Origin: an uncultured Desulfobacter sp.
Lineage (GTDB): Bacteria > Desulfobacterota > Desulfobacteria > Desulfobacterales > Desulfobacteraceae
Direction: 5' to 3'
Length of the DNA: 64,000 nt
Assembly: GCA_963665095.1 (NCBI GenBank)
Contig: OY762069.1
Location: 5,472,001 to 5,536,000 of the forward strand
Positions 9,703 through 19,510 of the stretch are shown here, piece after piece; the stretch's first letter is position 1; each line of letters starts with the position of its first letter. A model generated the notes under the pieces. That model was not told where the DNA came from and did not search any database. It was given only the letters and a program-made list of their open reading frames with translations. The position numbers were made by a program, and so were the translations under genes.

Positions 9703-10761
9703 ATGTCTCATATTGACTGCAAACTCGATTCTGATTCCAGGGCCGCCATACTTAAAAGCGTCTATCTGGAAAATCAGCGAATGATTACTAGAACTGCGGT
9801 CAATGGCCAAAGGGAAGGTCACCCCTTTGATTTCAGTTTTTTAAAAATTGGCAAAGTGGTCTCTGTCCTGGTTTTTTTAAGTGTCCTTTCAATAGAGCTG
9901 TTCAGCAAAAACCTCTCCCCTGAAAATTATGAGGCGCCAGTGATATATGAGATAAAACAAGCACCGATTCATTCGATGGTTGCTCCTGAATCATCCAACA
10001 ATTTTGACCTCTTGCTTGTTGGTGATAAAAATATTGAGCTGTCATCACTGTTCGGGCTCGGCGTTAAAACCGTTGTCATTGATCCCGGCCATGGCGGCCG
10101 GGATCCCGGAGCCGTTGGGGCTGAAGGGACGCTTGAAAAAGATATTACCCTGGATGTTTCCATCAAGCTTAAGGCGCGTTTGGACGAATTCGCTCAATTT
10201 AAGGTGTTGCTGACCCGGAATAAAGATATCACAGTAACATTGGCGGACCGCGTTGCCTTTGCCAAAAAGAATAACGCGAATCTGTTTGTCTCCATACATG
10301 TGAATGCACTGCCCAATAAATCCCTGAATGCCATTGAAACCTATTATTTCGGTGCGCCGAGAAGTCCTGAAACCCTGCGCCTGGCCCAGGTGGAAAACTC
10401 CGGATCTGATTTCAGTATGGCAGAGCTCGATTTGATTCTTGCCGATTTTGAAAACACCCTGAAACGTCAGGAGTCAGCTAAACTTGCCAAGTTAATTCAG
10501 GAAAGCCTGTTTAAAAATATAAAACGCCGGGATGCCAAGGCCCTTAATTTCGGTATCAGAATGGCGCCTTTTGTAGTTATTTCCCAGACCGGGGTCCCCA
10601 GCGTGCTGGTTGAAATTTCATGCATATCCAAATTAGAGCAGGAAGCCAAGCTGGCCACGGCAGATTATCGCTCGGATGTCGCAGGTTACATTACAGATGG
10701 GATCACTGCCTACCTTAAGATGCAAAATACCATAATATCAGACAGGAGGATTGAGCAATGA
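9703..10761 (+). CDS. N-acetylmuramoyl-L-alanine amidase (Amidase_3) with N-terminal hydrophobic segment
   Basis: VIDPGHGGRDPGA, EKDITL, FVSIHVNA, PSVLVEI zinc-amidase motifs. Confidence 0.9.
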   Translation: MSHIDCKLDSDSRAAILKSVYLENQRMITRTAVNGQREGHPFDFSFLKIGKVVSVLVFLSVLSIELFSKNLSPENYEAPVIYEIKQAPIHSMVAPESSNNFDLLLVGDKNIELSSLFGLGVKTVVIDPGHGGRDPGAVGAEGTLEKDITLDVSIKLKARLDEFAQFKVLLTRNKDITVTLADRVAFAKKNNANLFVSIHVNALPNKSLNAIETYYFGAPRSPETLRLAQVENSGSDFSMAELDLILADFENTLKRQESAKLAKLIQESLFKNIKRRDAKALNFGIRMAPFVVISQTGVPSVLVEISCISKLEQEAKLATADYRSDVAGYITDGITAYLKMQNTIISDRRIEQ

Positions 10762-11828
10762 GCAGCAACGCGAGTGACGGAAACGATGGTACTTCCAAAA
10801 ACGAGAGAGTGGATCAAATGAAAATTTTGAATATCGGCATTGATCTTGGCACCTCAAGAAGTGCTATGTCGGCCAGCAACAGAAAAAGAGACTGGGTGGA
10901 AAGCTATGTGGGATGGCCCAAGGATTTTGTCGCCCAGAAGATGCTGGGCAAACGTGTCCTGTTAGGTGGGGATGCCCTGAAGAACCGCTTGTCACTGAAC
11001 CTTTACCGGCCGCTGGAGCATGGCGTGATCAAGGACGGGTCGGAATTCAATGAAGCGGCCGTCAAAGAGATCGTTGGCTGTTTAATTGACGTGGCCCTGG
11101 CAAAAAACGGGGATGAAGAGATGGACCTGCGCATTATTGTGGGCGTGCCGTCGGATTCGTTCAAGGAGAATAAAATGGCCATCAAGCGGCTGCTGTCAGG
11201 GTTTTCCGAATCGATCATGGTCGTGTCCGAGCCCTTTTCCGTGGCCTATGGGATGAACGAGCTGAACAACTCCATGGTCATTGATATCGGCGCCGGCACC
11301 ATGGATTTCTGTATCATGCACGGCACCATGCCCTCTGAAGATGACCAGAAAACCGTTCTCATCGCAGGAGATCACATTGACCGGCAGCTTGAAACCTATC
11401 TGAGGGAACGCTATCCCGAGGCCAATTTTACCTTGAATATGGTTCGCCGATTCAAGGAGCAGTACAGCTTTGTGGGGGATGCCCCAAACACCGTGAGCGT
11501 GGATATTCCGGTGAACGGCAAACCCACCCCCCACAACATCACAGCCGAAATGAAGCGCGCCTGTGAAAGCATTCTGCCGGGGCTGACAGAAACCATGCTG
11601 GAGTTAATTTCCGATTTTGATCCCGAGTTCCAGGAAATTGTACGGCAGAATATTATTCTTGCCGGCGGCGGCAGTCAGATCCGCGGCCTTAAGGAGTACA
11701 TTGAAAAGGTGCTCAAAGAGTACGGCCCATGCCAGGTGCATAGAATCAATGATCCGCTTTATGCCGGTGCGGACGGTGCCCTGGCCCTGGCCGAAGACAT
11801 GCCGGAAGAGTACTGGCAGAACAGCTGA
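10758..11828 (+). CDS. MamK-like bacterial actin (MreB/MamK superfamily)
   Basis: GIDLGTS, VGWPKD, VVSEPF.VAYG, VIDIGAGTMDFC..HGTMP..EDQ, KEQYSFVG, QNIILAGGGSQIRGL, GALALAEDMPEEYW closely recall MamK rather than MreB; AGGAGG RBS; ATGA overlap with the amidase. Confidence 0.85.
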   Translation: MSSNASDGNDGTSKNERVDQMKILNIGIDLGTSRSAMSASNRKRDWVESYVGWPKDFVAQKMLGKRVLLGGDALKNRLSLNLYRPLEHGVIKDGSEFNEAAVKEIVGCLIDVALAKNGDEEMDLRIIVGVPSDSFKENKMAIKRLLSGFSESIMVVSEPFSVAYGMNELNNSMVIDIGAGTMDFCIMHGTMPSEDDQKTVLIAGDHIDRQLETYLRERYPEANFTLNMVRRFKEQYSFVGDAPNTVSVDIPVNGKPTPHNITAEMKRACESILPGLTETMLELISDFDPEFQEIVRQNIILAGGGSQIRGLKEYIEKVLKEYGPCQVHRINDPLYAGADGALALAEDMPEEYWQNS

Positions 11829-11850
11829 GTTTTATCGGTCAGGCCCGGAA

Positions 11851-12252
11851 TCAGGCAAGGTCTGTATCCTGTAATTCTATCACAAAATAATACTCCCCGG
11901 GCCGGGTACCCCATTCCGGGTTACCCAGGTCCACGGAAATGGATTTAACGGCCCGGGTAACCCTTTGAATCGACTGGTCGTGCCTGACGCATCCGTTTTT
12001 AAAAACTGCCGTGTCGATTTTTCGAAATCGTGCGTCAAAGCAATCCATGCAGTCCCGGGGACCCCTATGACGGTCAAAAGGGTGTTTCAGGGCGTTTAAA
12101 AAGTCATTAAACACCCGGGCGTCAATATCCCGCTCAAATTTGATTAATCGTTTAGCCCAGTATTTTTTAATTTCTTTGTATTCTTTGGCTTCCCGGCCGG
12201 ATTTGATCCGGTCAAACCCTTTTTCTGTCAAGGTTACATGCAGGCTCCTCAT
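11851..12252 (-). CDS. ASCH/PUA-like domain protein
   Basis: LHVTL..KGFDRIKSG...EYKEIKKYWAKRL...FKNG...GNPEWG...YFVIEL pattern. Confidence 0.6.
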   Translation of the reverse strand: MRSLHVTLTEKGFDRIKSGREAKEYKEIKKYWAKRLIKFERDIDARVFNDFLNALKHPFDRHRGPRDCMDCFDARFRKIDTAVFKNGCVRHDQSIQRVTRAVKSISVDLGNPEWGTRPGEYYFVIELQDTDLA

Positions 12253-12390
12253 TGTTTTTCCTCAAATAGAATGCGCATTTGTTTCATCTGATATGGCTGT
12301 AGAAGTCCCCCATTTTCATTTAATTTGTATCCTGTCCGGGCTGGTGGTAAATTATGAAAAGATCATAACAGAAAAACAGCCAAAGGAGAA

Positions 12391-12900
12391 TTGATAGCAA
12401 TGGCAGACAATACAGCCCCGTATGGGTGGGATGCCTCAATGGGAATATCCCTGCATGACAAGATCAGGCAGGATATGAAGGCATCCATGGTAAAAAAAGA
12501 TACCGAAGTCCGGGATACCATGCGCCTTATCATGGGGGCGTTTCCCGACATCACGGTTCCCATCACCCTTGAAAGCGGCAAAAAATCCACCCGGTCCAAA
12601 AAGCCGGAAGAGATCACGGATGAGGATATCCATGACATCATCCGGAAGTTCGTAAAATCGGAAAAAACCGTACTGGAACTAAAAAAAGAGACCACGTCGG
12701 ATTATCTGGAACTGTTAGAGGCATATCTGCCCAAAATGGCCACCACCGAAGAGATAGAAGCCTGGATCAAAACCAATGTGGACTTTTCCACCGTGAAAAG
12801 CCCCATGCAGGCCATGGGCGCCGTTATGAAACATTTTGGCAAACTTGCCGACGGGAACCAGGTCAAGGCTATTCTTCAGGGGATGAGTGGCGGGAAGTAA
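12391..12900 (+). CDS. GatB/YqeY domain protein
   Basis: KIRQDMKASM, LLEAYLPKM, MQAMGAVMKHFGKLADGNQVK. Confidence 0.85.
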   Translation: MIAMADNTAPYGWDASMGISLHDKIRQDMKASMVKKDTEVRDTMRLIMGAFPDITVPITLESGKKSTRSKKPEEITDEDIHDIIRKFVKSEKTVLELKKETTSDYLELLEAYLPKMATTEEIEAWIKTNVDFSTVKSPMQAMGAVMKHFGKLADGNQVKAILQGMSGGK

Positions 12901-12976
12901 ACTGAAATCCTGCTTTGTTGCAGGCCTCAACCGCATGGGGGCAAACTGTTTTCAGAACAGCCCCCAATTGTAATAA

Positions 12977-13276
12977 ATGAATTTTGAAGAATTTAAAAAT
13001 AATATAAAGAATGTGGCTGTGGGCAAGCACTTGCCTGATGCCTTGTATCTTCATAAATCAGTATTAGATAACGTGCCTGATTCACTAAAAGCGTTTATAG
13101 TAGACGCCATTAGTAATCTAAATCTTTCAACAGAGCCTTGGACAGTCCTGAAATTATACAAAAGGGAATTCACAATATCTTTATTGAATTATCCTGAATT
13201 ATATAACGAAGGATTCCCCTCTTTAACAAGCAGCTGTTTCATTGACCTGCAAGACTTAGGGTTTGCGCAAAAATAA
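12977..13276 (+). pseudogene. N-terminal fragment resembling DNA phosphorothioation-associated putative methyltransferase
   Basis: GKHLPDALYLHKS...KLYKREFTISLLNYPEL..EGFPSL recalls the N-terminus of that much longer family; ends where an IS remnant starts. Confidence 0.6.
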
Positions 13277-13381
13277 TATAATCAACTTCTTGGCATAATC
13301 AAATAATTCCACTCGCCGTGAAAATCAGCCCGTTGAATTGACAGCGATTCCCTCTCTGCGTCTGTCACCTTGATACCTTTT
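13257..13381 (-). mobile_element. ISAzo13-family transposase 3'-end remnant
   Basis: Minus strand reads KGIKVTDAERESLSIQRADFHGEWNYLIMPRS-stop, matching the characteristic ISAzo13 C-terminus. Confidence 0.7.
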
Positions 13382-13594
13382 GGGCCGAGCTGTTTTTTGT
13401 TTCAAATTGCAATCAGGCATGCGCACGGGCTCTGATGTTTTAGAAAATGCTGCCGATTGTGTTGTGATTCATCCCTGGAAATAATATGGCCCTGGCCAAT
13501 GAGGAGAGCTGCCGGGAACCTGCGTGAGGATCTCTTAGATTGTAAAATAACCGTTTGAATGGTCATCCTTATCAATTCTGAATTTTAAAACAAA

Positions 13595-13622
13595 TTGACA
13601 ACAAGACCTGTTACAGTATACT
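13595..13622 (+). promoter_or_regulatory. Sigma70-type promoter of selC
   Basis: TTGACA-16 nt-TATACT, 14 nt before the tRNA. Confidence 0.7.
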
Positions 13623-13636
13623 TTGTTGCCGATCAC

Positions 13637-13734
13637 GGAAGCACACGGCTCACTGGTGGGGCCCTCGGACTTCAAATCCGATGTGCGGGGCTAATACCCT
13701 CGCGGGTGGGTTCGATTCCCATGTGCTTCCGCCA
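13637..13734 (+). tRNA. selC: tRNA-Sec (anticodon TCA)
   Basis: 98 nt, GGAAGCAC...GTGCTTCC-GCCA extended acceptor stem, anticodon arm TCGGA-CTTCAAA-TCCGA, long variable arm. Confidence 0.96.
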
Positions 13735-13773
13735 TTTTTATATTTAAATTCAAGTTATTGTCTTTTTAAATCC

Positions 13774-13791
13774 CCCGACAAAACCCGACAA
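13774..13791 (+). repeat. Tandem CCCGACAAAA motif, probable integrase arm-type site (left)
   Basis: CCCGACAAAACCCGACAA identical to 23996-24013 near the other end. Confidence 0.7.
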
Positions 13792-14131
13792 AGTTAAACT
13801 GGTTCTCTCCTCTCTTTCTTCGGCCTCTTGTTCCTTTCCCCATTTATTTCCTTGGACATTGATGTCGTATCAATAAGGTGTTTTGAATTATAAAATCCCC
13901 ATTTTTAAAAATAAAAAATTTAAAAAACTTGGCCCTACCGGTCTTGAGGGTGCGTTAGACTCTCCGGCATTGATAAAAATGTTCGGCCCAGATCGTTTGA
14001 ATAATTAAAAAACTCTCAACCGAACTTTTCGTCAATGGCGGGGAGTCCAACAACCGCAGGGCGTTAGTCTCTATCTTTAATCCTGAGCTTGTGGTCTATT
14101 TTACGATCATGATGCTTTGTGATTGGTTAAG

Positions 14132-14189
14132 CAGCTTCCCCCTGGCAAGCGGGTCCGCTTTTGCGGTAACGCTTGCCAGGGGGAAGCTG
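14132..14189. repeat. 20-bp perfect inverted repeat, candidate replication-origin hairpin
   Basis: CAGCTTCCCCCTGGCAAGCG / CGCTTGCCAGGGGGAAGCTG with inner CCGC-TTTT-GCGG. Confidence 0.8.
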
Positions 14190-14368
14190 TTTTCCTGATC
14201 AGATGTCATCATCGACTTGAAACCTTGAACTCATAGTGGGGATTTCCTTTAACTTGATTCATATAGAATAATTGTCACCAGATTCTTGAAAAAGTGTGTT
14301 TAAAAACCACAATAACATTGACAAGCTATATTATTTGTTCTTTACTAATCAAAATGGAAGGGAAAATT

Positions 14369-14749
14369 ATGACCAAGAAACCAAATAAAGAACGCTATAA
14401 CGTATATCTCGACAAGGAAAGCGTTGATATCGTTAAGGAGTTTATAAAGGGCACGGGATTAAGTTTATCGTCCTATTTGGACTTAATGACTTGTATTGCG
14501 GCTGATAGGATTATGGATTTTTGGACGATGCAATTTTCTGATGAATTTGAACCCACTAGCGAGGATGGCAATAACAAATACTGCAACATTTTGGTTGCTC
14601 ACCGGGTATTGCGATTGGCAGATTCAAAATTAAGCAATATCAGGATGAGCCCGAGTCAAATTAAAAAAATAAAAACCGGAGAATGGCATATTGAAATAGA
14701 CGATGATTTCGGTATTAGAATAAATCCGTTTAAAAAAGAAAATAAATAA
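14369..14749 (+). CDS. Hypothetical protein with ribbon-helix-helix-like N-terminus
   Basis: KERYNVYLDKESVDIVKEFIKGTGLSLSSYL resembles CopG/RHH; directly upstream of rep; ATG after AAGGGA. Confidence 0.55.
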   Translation: MTKKPNKERYNVYLDKESVDIVKEFIKGTGLSLSSYLDLMTCIAADRIMDFWTMQFSDEFEPTSEDGNNKYCNILVAHRVLRLADSKLSNIRMSPSQIKKIKTGEWHIEIDDDFGIRINPFKKENK

Positions 14750-14863
14750 GCTCAAGGGCGGTGCTGCAACACCACCCTTGAACCACATGTTCCAGAGAAC
14801 AATAACGCCGTGCAAGCAATTATGTGGCTCGGAACACTTCTTATATATAGCTTTTCGTAAGTA

Positions 14864-15465
14864 GTGTCAAATTTCAAGACCTCTTTGGGATATTTGAAAA
14901 CATTAATATTTTTTCAAATTCCAAGGGGGCTTTTTGTTTTGGAAACTCCAAAAATTGGAAAATGCCTGCATCCAGTCGGGGCTTTTTCAGGTATCACTCT
15001 TGACGGTAAAAAAATAGTCGCTGGGACGCTTCGCTGTAACTCTTGGACCTGCCCAGTTTGTCAACCGATTCTTATCAAAAAACTTTATAAAAGAATTCTT
15101 CAAGGGGCTATCGGTAAGGATGGAACTTCTCGTTATGGGTTGAAATTTTTAACTTTGACCTTTGCCGGAGCTGACGAAAGGCATCGAATAAAGGAAATGA
15201 TCGAAAAGCATAATAACGAACTATTTAAAAAGCCTGATAAAAACAGACCTTATGATCATGAACGCAAAGTCGAGAAAAAATTAGTTTACCCAGAGGTTGT
15301 CTATGACATCATGACCAAAAATTTTCATAAACTGATCCGGGCATTAAAAAAGCAATATGGGGATTTTTATTATTTCAGGGTAAATGAATTACAAAAGGAT
15401 GAAACACCACATTTCCATGTCTTGTTGGCAGGGAACGCTGTTATTCCCAAAGGTATTTTAGAGGC
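14864..15465 (+). pseudogene. HUH rolling-circle Rep, 5' part (interrupted by IS21)
   Basis: CNSWTCPVC zinc motif, motif I FLTLTF, motif II PHFHVLL; start may be TTG 14939. Confidence 0.85.
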
Positions 15466-15655
15466 TGTCAGGGCCGTCTTGAAAATGCAGCCAAATCCCC
15501 GGTTTGAAAATGTATGTTCTTAGCTGGTTTTTCTTCTCTTAAAAATCAAATTTAAAAATTTCGTCTTCTTCATTTTTTTCCTTTCTTTGCCCTATGCTTT
15601 TTTCCGTACATACTGATCTTATTCATGTCTGATTTGAATCGGAGGCAATATGTAG

Positions 15656-16222
15656 ATGGGACTACTCAAGAAAAGAAGGTGCCGAAATTGTAGAAGATTA
15701 TTCGCTCCTAATCCAAGAAATATAGACTCTCAAAAATACTGTTCCAGATCTGAGTGCAGAAAAGCCAGCAAAAGGTGCAGCCAGAAAAAATGGCTGAACA
15801 AGCCTGAAAATCGAAACTACTTTTGTGGGCCTGCCCATGTTGAACGTGTTCAGGAATGGAGAAAGAAGAATCCCGGATATTGGAAGAAGACCAAAAGCCC
15901 AGATACGTTACAAGACTCGATATTGCCCCAACAGGCTGAAAATAAACAGGATTCAACGCAATTCATGGACAATGCGTTACAAGATTTCTTACGGGCGCAA
16001 CCTCCTGTCATTATAGGGTTAATCGCCAACTTTACAGGCAGTGCGTTACAAGATGACATCGCTTCCACGCTCCTTCGTATGAAAAAATACGGGCAAGACA
16101 TTTTATGTTCACAACCCCAAAAAGAAGGAGAGCAAAATGATTGCAAAGGCCCCCATTTTACCATCCAGGGTTCGAAAAACACCCCAAAGCTTCAGTTGGA
16201 TCGATCATCGCCTGGTGCGTGA
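15656..16222 (+). CDS. IS21-associated Cys-rich hypothetical protein
   Basis: CRNC...YCSRSEC motif, RVQEWRKKNPGYW, repeated LQD motifs; inside the IS21 IRs. Confidence 0.75.
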   Translation: MGLLKKRRCRNCRRLFAPNPRNIDSQKYCSRSECRKASKRCSQKKWLNKPENRNYFCGPAHVERVQEWRKKNPGYWKKTKSPDTLQDSILPQQAENKQDSTQFMDNALQDFLRAQPPVIIGLIANFTGSALQDDIASTLLRMKKYGQDILCSQPQKEGEQNDCKGPHFTIQGSKNTPKLQLDRSSPGA

Positions 16223-16523
16223 ACGGCACATTGACAGGTGTACACACTCCCAGTCCGCCCTATATCTGTTTCTGGTGTGTGTGGCCGACAGTCAAGGCAT
16301 CAGCTACTATGGAGATAAGGCGATCATGGATCGGCTGTGCATGGATTCTGATGGCCTGAAGACAGCACGTTCCGGGTTAATACAGAATGGGCTGATTGCC
16401 TGGCAGAGACCTATTTACCAGGTGCTTGCCCTTGACCCTGCTCCTGGTAAATCAAAACGGCACGGCTCCATGCTGCGTCTTTCAGATATTCTAAAAGCAG
16501 CAGCGGAGGGCAACCATGATTGA
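16137..16523 (+). CDS. IS21-associated winged-helix-like hypothetical protein
   Basis: FSWIDHRLVR, LYLFLVCVADSQGISYY, ARSGLIQNGLIAW; overlaps the istA start. Confidence 0.75.
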   Translation: MIAKAPILPSRVRKTPQSFSWIDHRLVRERHIDRCTHSQSALYLFLVCVADSQGISYYGDKAIMDRLCMDSDGLKTARSGLIQNGLIAWQRPIYQVLALDPAPGKSKRHGSMLRLSDILKAAAEGNHD

Positions 16524-18215
16524 TTACGAAACCTATGTTCAAATCAGAAATTACTTTACCCGAGACGGCCTGACATACAGCCAGATTGCCAATGCCCTTG
16601 ATCTGGACCCCAGGACAGTTGCCAGGTGGGCCAACCTGAAAAGGTACCAGCCCAGACAGTCAGCCCCCAGAGAAAGCAAGCTTGATCCGTATAAGAACGC
16701 CATCCTGCATATGCTTGAAAAACATCCCTACAGTTCCCGCCAGATATTTCAACGAATCACCCAGGATGGTTTTGCCGGGGGCATCACCATTGTTGAGGAT
16801 TATGTCAGGAAGGTGCGGCCGCCCAAAACAAAGGCGTATTTGAAACTGAGTTTTGCTCCGGGTGAAGCTGCCCAGGTGGACTGGGGTTCTTATAGTACAG
16901 TAAGGGTGGGCAACACGACCCGGCGGTTGAGCTTTTTTGTGATGGTGATGTGCCACAGCCGCATGATGTACGTTGAGTTCACGGTCTCCCAGACCATGGA
17001 GCATTTTTTAGGCTGCCACCAGAATGCATTTGAGTTTTTTGGAAAGGTGCCGGAAAAGGTCATGGTGGACAATCTCAAATCCGCTGTTCTAAAAAGACTG
17101 CTGGGGAAAGCCCCGGTCTTCAACCCCAGATACCTTGATTTTGCAGATTATTACGGATTTACAATTGTTCCCTGTAATGTGCGCAAGGGTAATGAAAAAG
17201 GCCGGGTTGAAAATGCTGTGGGCTATGTCAAAAAGAATCTGCTCAACGGTCTTGAAATCCCTGATTTTAAGATCATGGAGCCCACCTGCAAACACTGGCT
17301 TGATACTGTCGCCAATGTCAGAACCCACGGAGAGACCGGTCAAAAGCCCGCAGAGATGTATGCCCTGGAATTGCCCCACCTATACCCTCTGCCGTCAGAA
17401 CCCTATGATATCGGTGTGGTAAAGCAGGTACGGGCTTCAAGACAGTACAGGGTAGTCATCGATACAAATGCTTACACAGTACCCGCCCAGCTGGCAGGGG
17501 TGGCTTTGACTGCCAAGCTTTACCCTGATCGGATCTGCTTTTACCATGAAGACAAGTTGGTTGCCCGCCATGTCAGATCCTATGGCCGCAAAAACGACCT
17601 TGAAGATCCTGATCACTCTAAAATCCTTTTGAGCCAGCGCAAAAAGGCCAGAGACCAGGCAATTTATATGCGTTTTTTAAGCCTCTCTGACAAGGCCCGG
17701 GAGTATTACAGGCAATTGCAGAACAGGCGGCTTAACGCCTCCCATCATGTACGGCAAATCGTGGCCTTGAGTGAAATCTACTCCCGGGAACAAGTTGCCA
17801 TGGCCATTGAAGATGCCTTTAAGTTCTCTGCATTCTCATGTGAATACATCGCCAACCTCCTTGAGCAGCGGGTTCGGTCTCCTGAAGTGGACCCCATGTC
17901 AAGACCGATTTTAACGTTTTTTAAGCTACATTTTCTCTGTTTCTAATTTCGAATCAGCCTGTTAAAGACCCTCTTTTCCGGCATATTTTTCTTGATATTT
18001 AATACCGCTATGTTATCCTCCCGCCGCCAACCCGGAGGATAGGGCAATGCTGGGAAGCAACCTGAGCGCCGTGGCTGGCGACGAAGACATGGGGGCAGTA
18101 TACGTTTAATGTATGCTGTCCTTCCCCCATGTTTTTGTCCTTAATGCGTTAAATCCTCGCGCCTTAGCGCGAAATCAATACCCCGTAGGGCCGCCGGAGG
18201 CATCAGGCCTTTCCT

Positions 18216-19022
18216 TTAAGCCGCTCGATAGACCGAAAACGGCACCTTATACCCCAGGGCTGAATGAAGTCTCTCCCGATTATAAAACCCGATAAACGCT
18301 TTTAACGATTGCTGAGCCTCTCTTACCGTTCTGTAGTCCTTCAAATAGACTTCTTCGTATTTAATCGTTCTCCACAGCCGTTCCACAAAAACGTTGTCCA
18401 AGGCTCTGCCCTTTGAATCCATGCTGATTTTGATGTTTTTAGCCTGGAGTATCTTCAAAAATTTTAATGAAGTGAACTGACTACCCTGGTCAGTGTTGAA
18501 AATCTCAGGTGTCGATACAATCAATGCCTCCTCAAGGGCCTCAATACAAAATGTATTCTCAAGGGTGTTACTGAGGCGCCATGAAAGGACATATCTGCTA
18601 AACCAATCCATAACCGCCAATAAGTACATAAATCCGTTTCCAATTCTAATGTATGTGATATCTGTACTCCATACCTGATCTGGCCTGTCAATTACGGCAT
18701 TTTTCAGCAAATAGGGGTAAACTTTATGGCTTTCATCCCTCCTTGTTGTTTTAGGTCCTGGGTAAATCGCTTCTATTCTCATCAGCTTCATCAGGCGCTG
18801 TACTCGTTTCCTGCTTACCGGATACCCCATATTGTTCAGCCAGGCTGTAAGCCTACGGCTTCCATAAAAGGGGGTTTTGGTATGCTGCTCATCAAGCAGA
18901 TCCATAAGGGTTAATGTATACGGGCTTATGGCTACCGGCCTGTAATACAACGCCCCTTTTGAAACCTGAAGCAGTTCACACTGCCGGTTAATGCTGATGG
19001 AAGGATGTTGTTTATCTATCAA
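18216..19022 (-). CDS. IS3 transposase OrfB (DDE)
   Basis: FYGSRR, WSTDITY, FNTDQGSQF, DNVFVERLWRTIKYE, YNRERLHSAL. Confidence 0.93.
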   Translation of the reverse strand: MIDKQHPSISINRQCELLQVSKGALYYRPVAISPYTLTLMDLLDEQHTKTPFYGSRRLTAWLNNMGYPVSRKRVQRLMKLMRIEAIYPGPKTTRRDESHKVYPYLLKNAVIDRPDQVWSTDITYIRIGNGFMYLLAVMDWFSRYVLSWRLSNTLENTFCIEALEEALIVSTPEIFNTDQGSQFTSLKFLKILQAKNIKISMDSKGRALDNVFVERLWRTIKYEEVYLKDYRTVREAQQSLKAFIGFYNRERLHSALGYKVPFSVYRAA

Positions 19023-19032
19023 CCCCCTTCTG

Positions 19033-19317
19033 TCAGAGATTGATTGTATTAACCTTTTTTTTTAACCAGTCATTCTCAACTTCGAGCTGACCGATTTTCT
19101 TATATAATTCGTCTATTAGATTCTGAGTATCATTTGGGCTTTTCTTTTTCGCTGATGAAAACAACGTCGGAAGACCCTCTATCGCTTCTTTCTTCCATCT
19201 GTTTAACATAGTTCGATGAACCTGGTATTTGGATGACAACTCCGCAAGAGTTTCATTTTCTCGAATCACATCAACTACAACTTTAGCTTTGAACTTTCCG
19301 GTATAATTTTTTCTCAT
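19033..19317 (-). CDS. IS3 transposase OrfA (HTH)
   Basis: MRKNYTGKFKAKVV...LYKKIGQLEVENDWLKKK; GGAGG RBS; A9 run near the 3' end. Confidence 0.9.
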   Translation of the reverse strand: MRKNYTGKFKAKVVVDVIRENETLAELSSKYQVHRTMLNRWKKEAIEGLPTLFSSAKKKSPNDTQNLIDELYKKIGQLEVENDWLKKKVNTINL

Positions 19318-19510
19318 GGACCTCCTTTTTCGGTACAAATTTGAACCGGGTTTTTATCACCTCATATGTACCTTAGCAACTGGTTCAAATTTCGGGGTCC
19401 ATTATATCCCCAGGAGCCCGGAGCCCTGCATGTTACACATAAAGCAGATTTACTGAACCTGACAATCCAGGAGCCTGATCTTAATATTTATACCGCCATA
19501 GGAGATAAAA

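Larger units (their letters stand above)
17883..19406 (-). mobile_element. IS3-family element nested in istA
   Basis: IRs TGAAGTGGACCCC / TATAATGGACCCC; 3-bp duplication TCC at 17880-17882 and 19407-19409; orfA/orfB. Confidence 0.92.

Noticed and set aside
10758..11828. Magnetosome gene cluster
   Set aside because: No other mam/mad/mms gene is recognisable in 64 kb; one MamK-like actin does not show magnetotaxis
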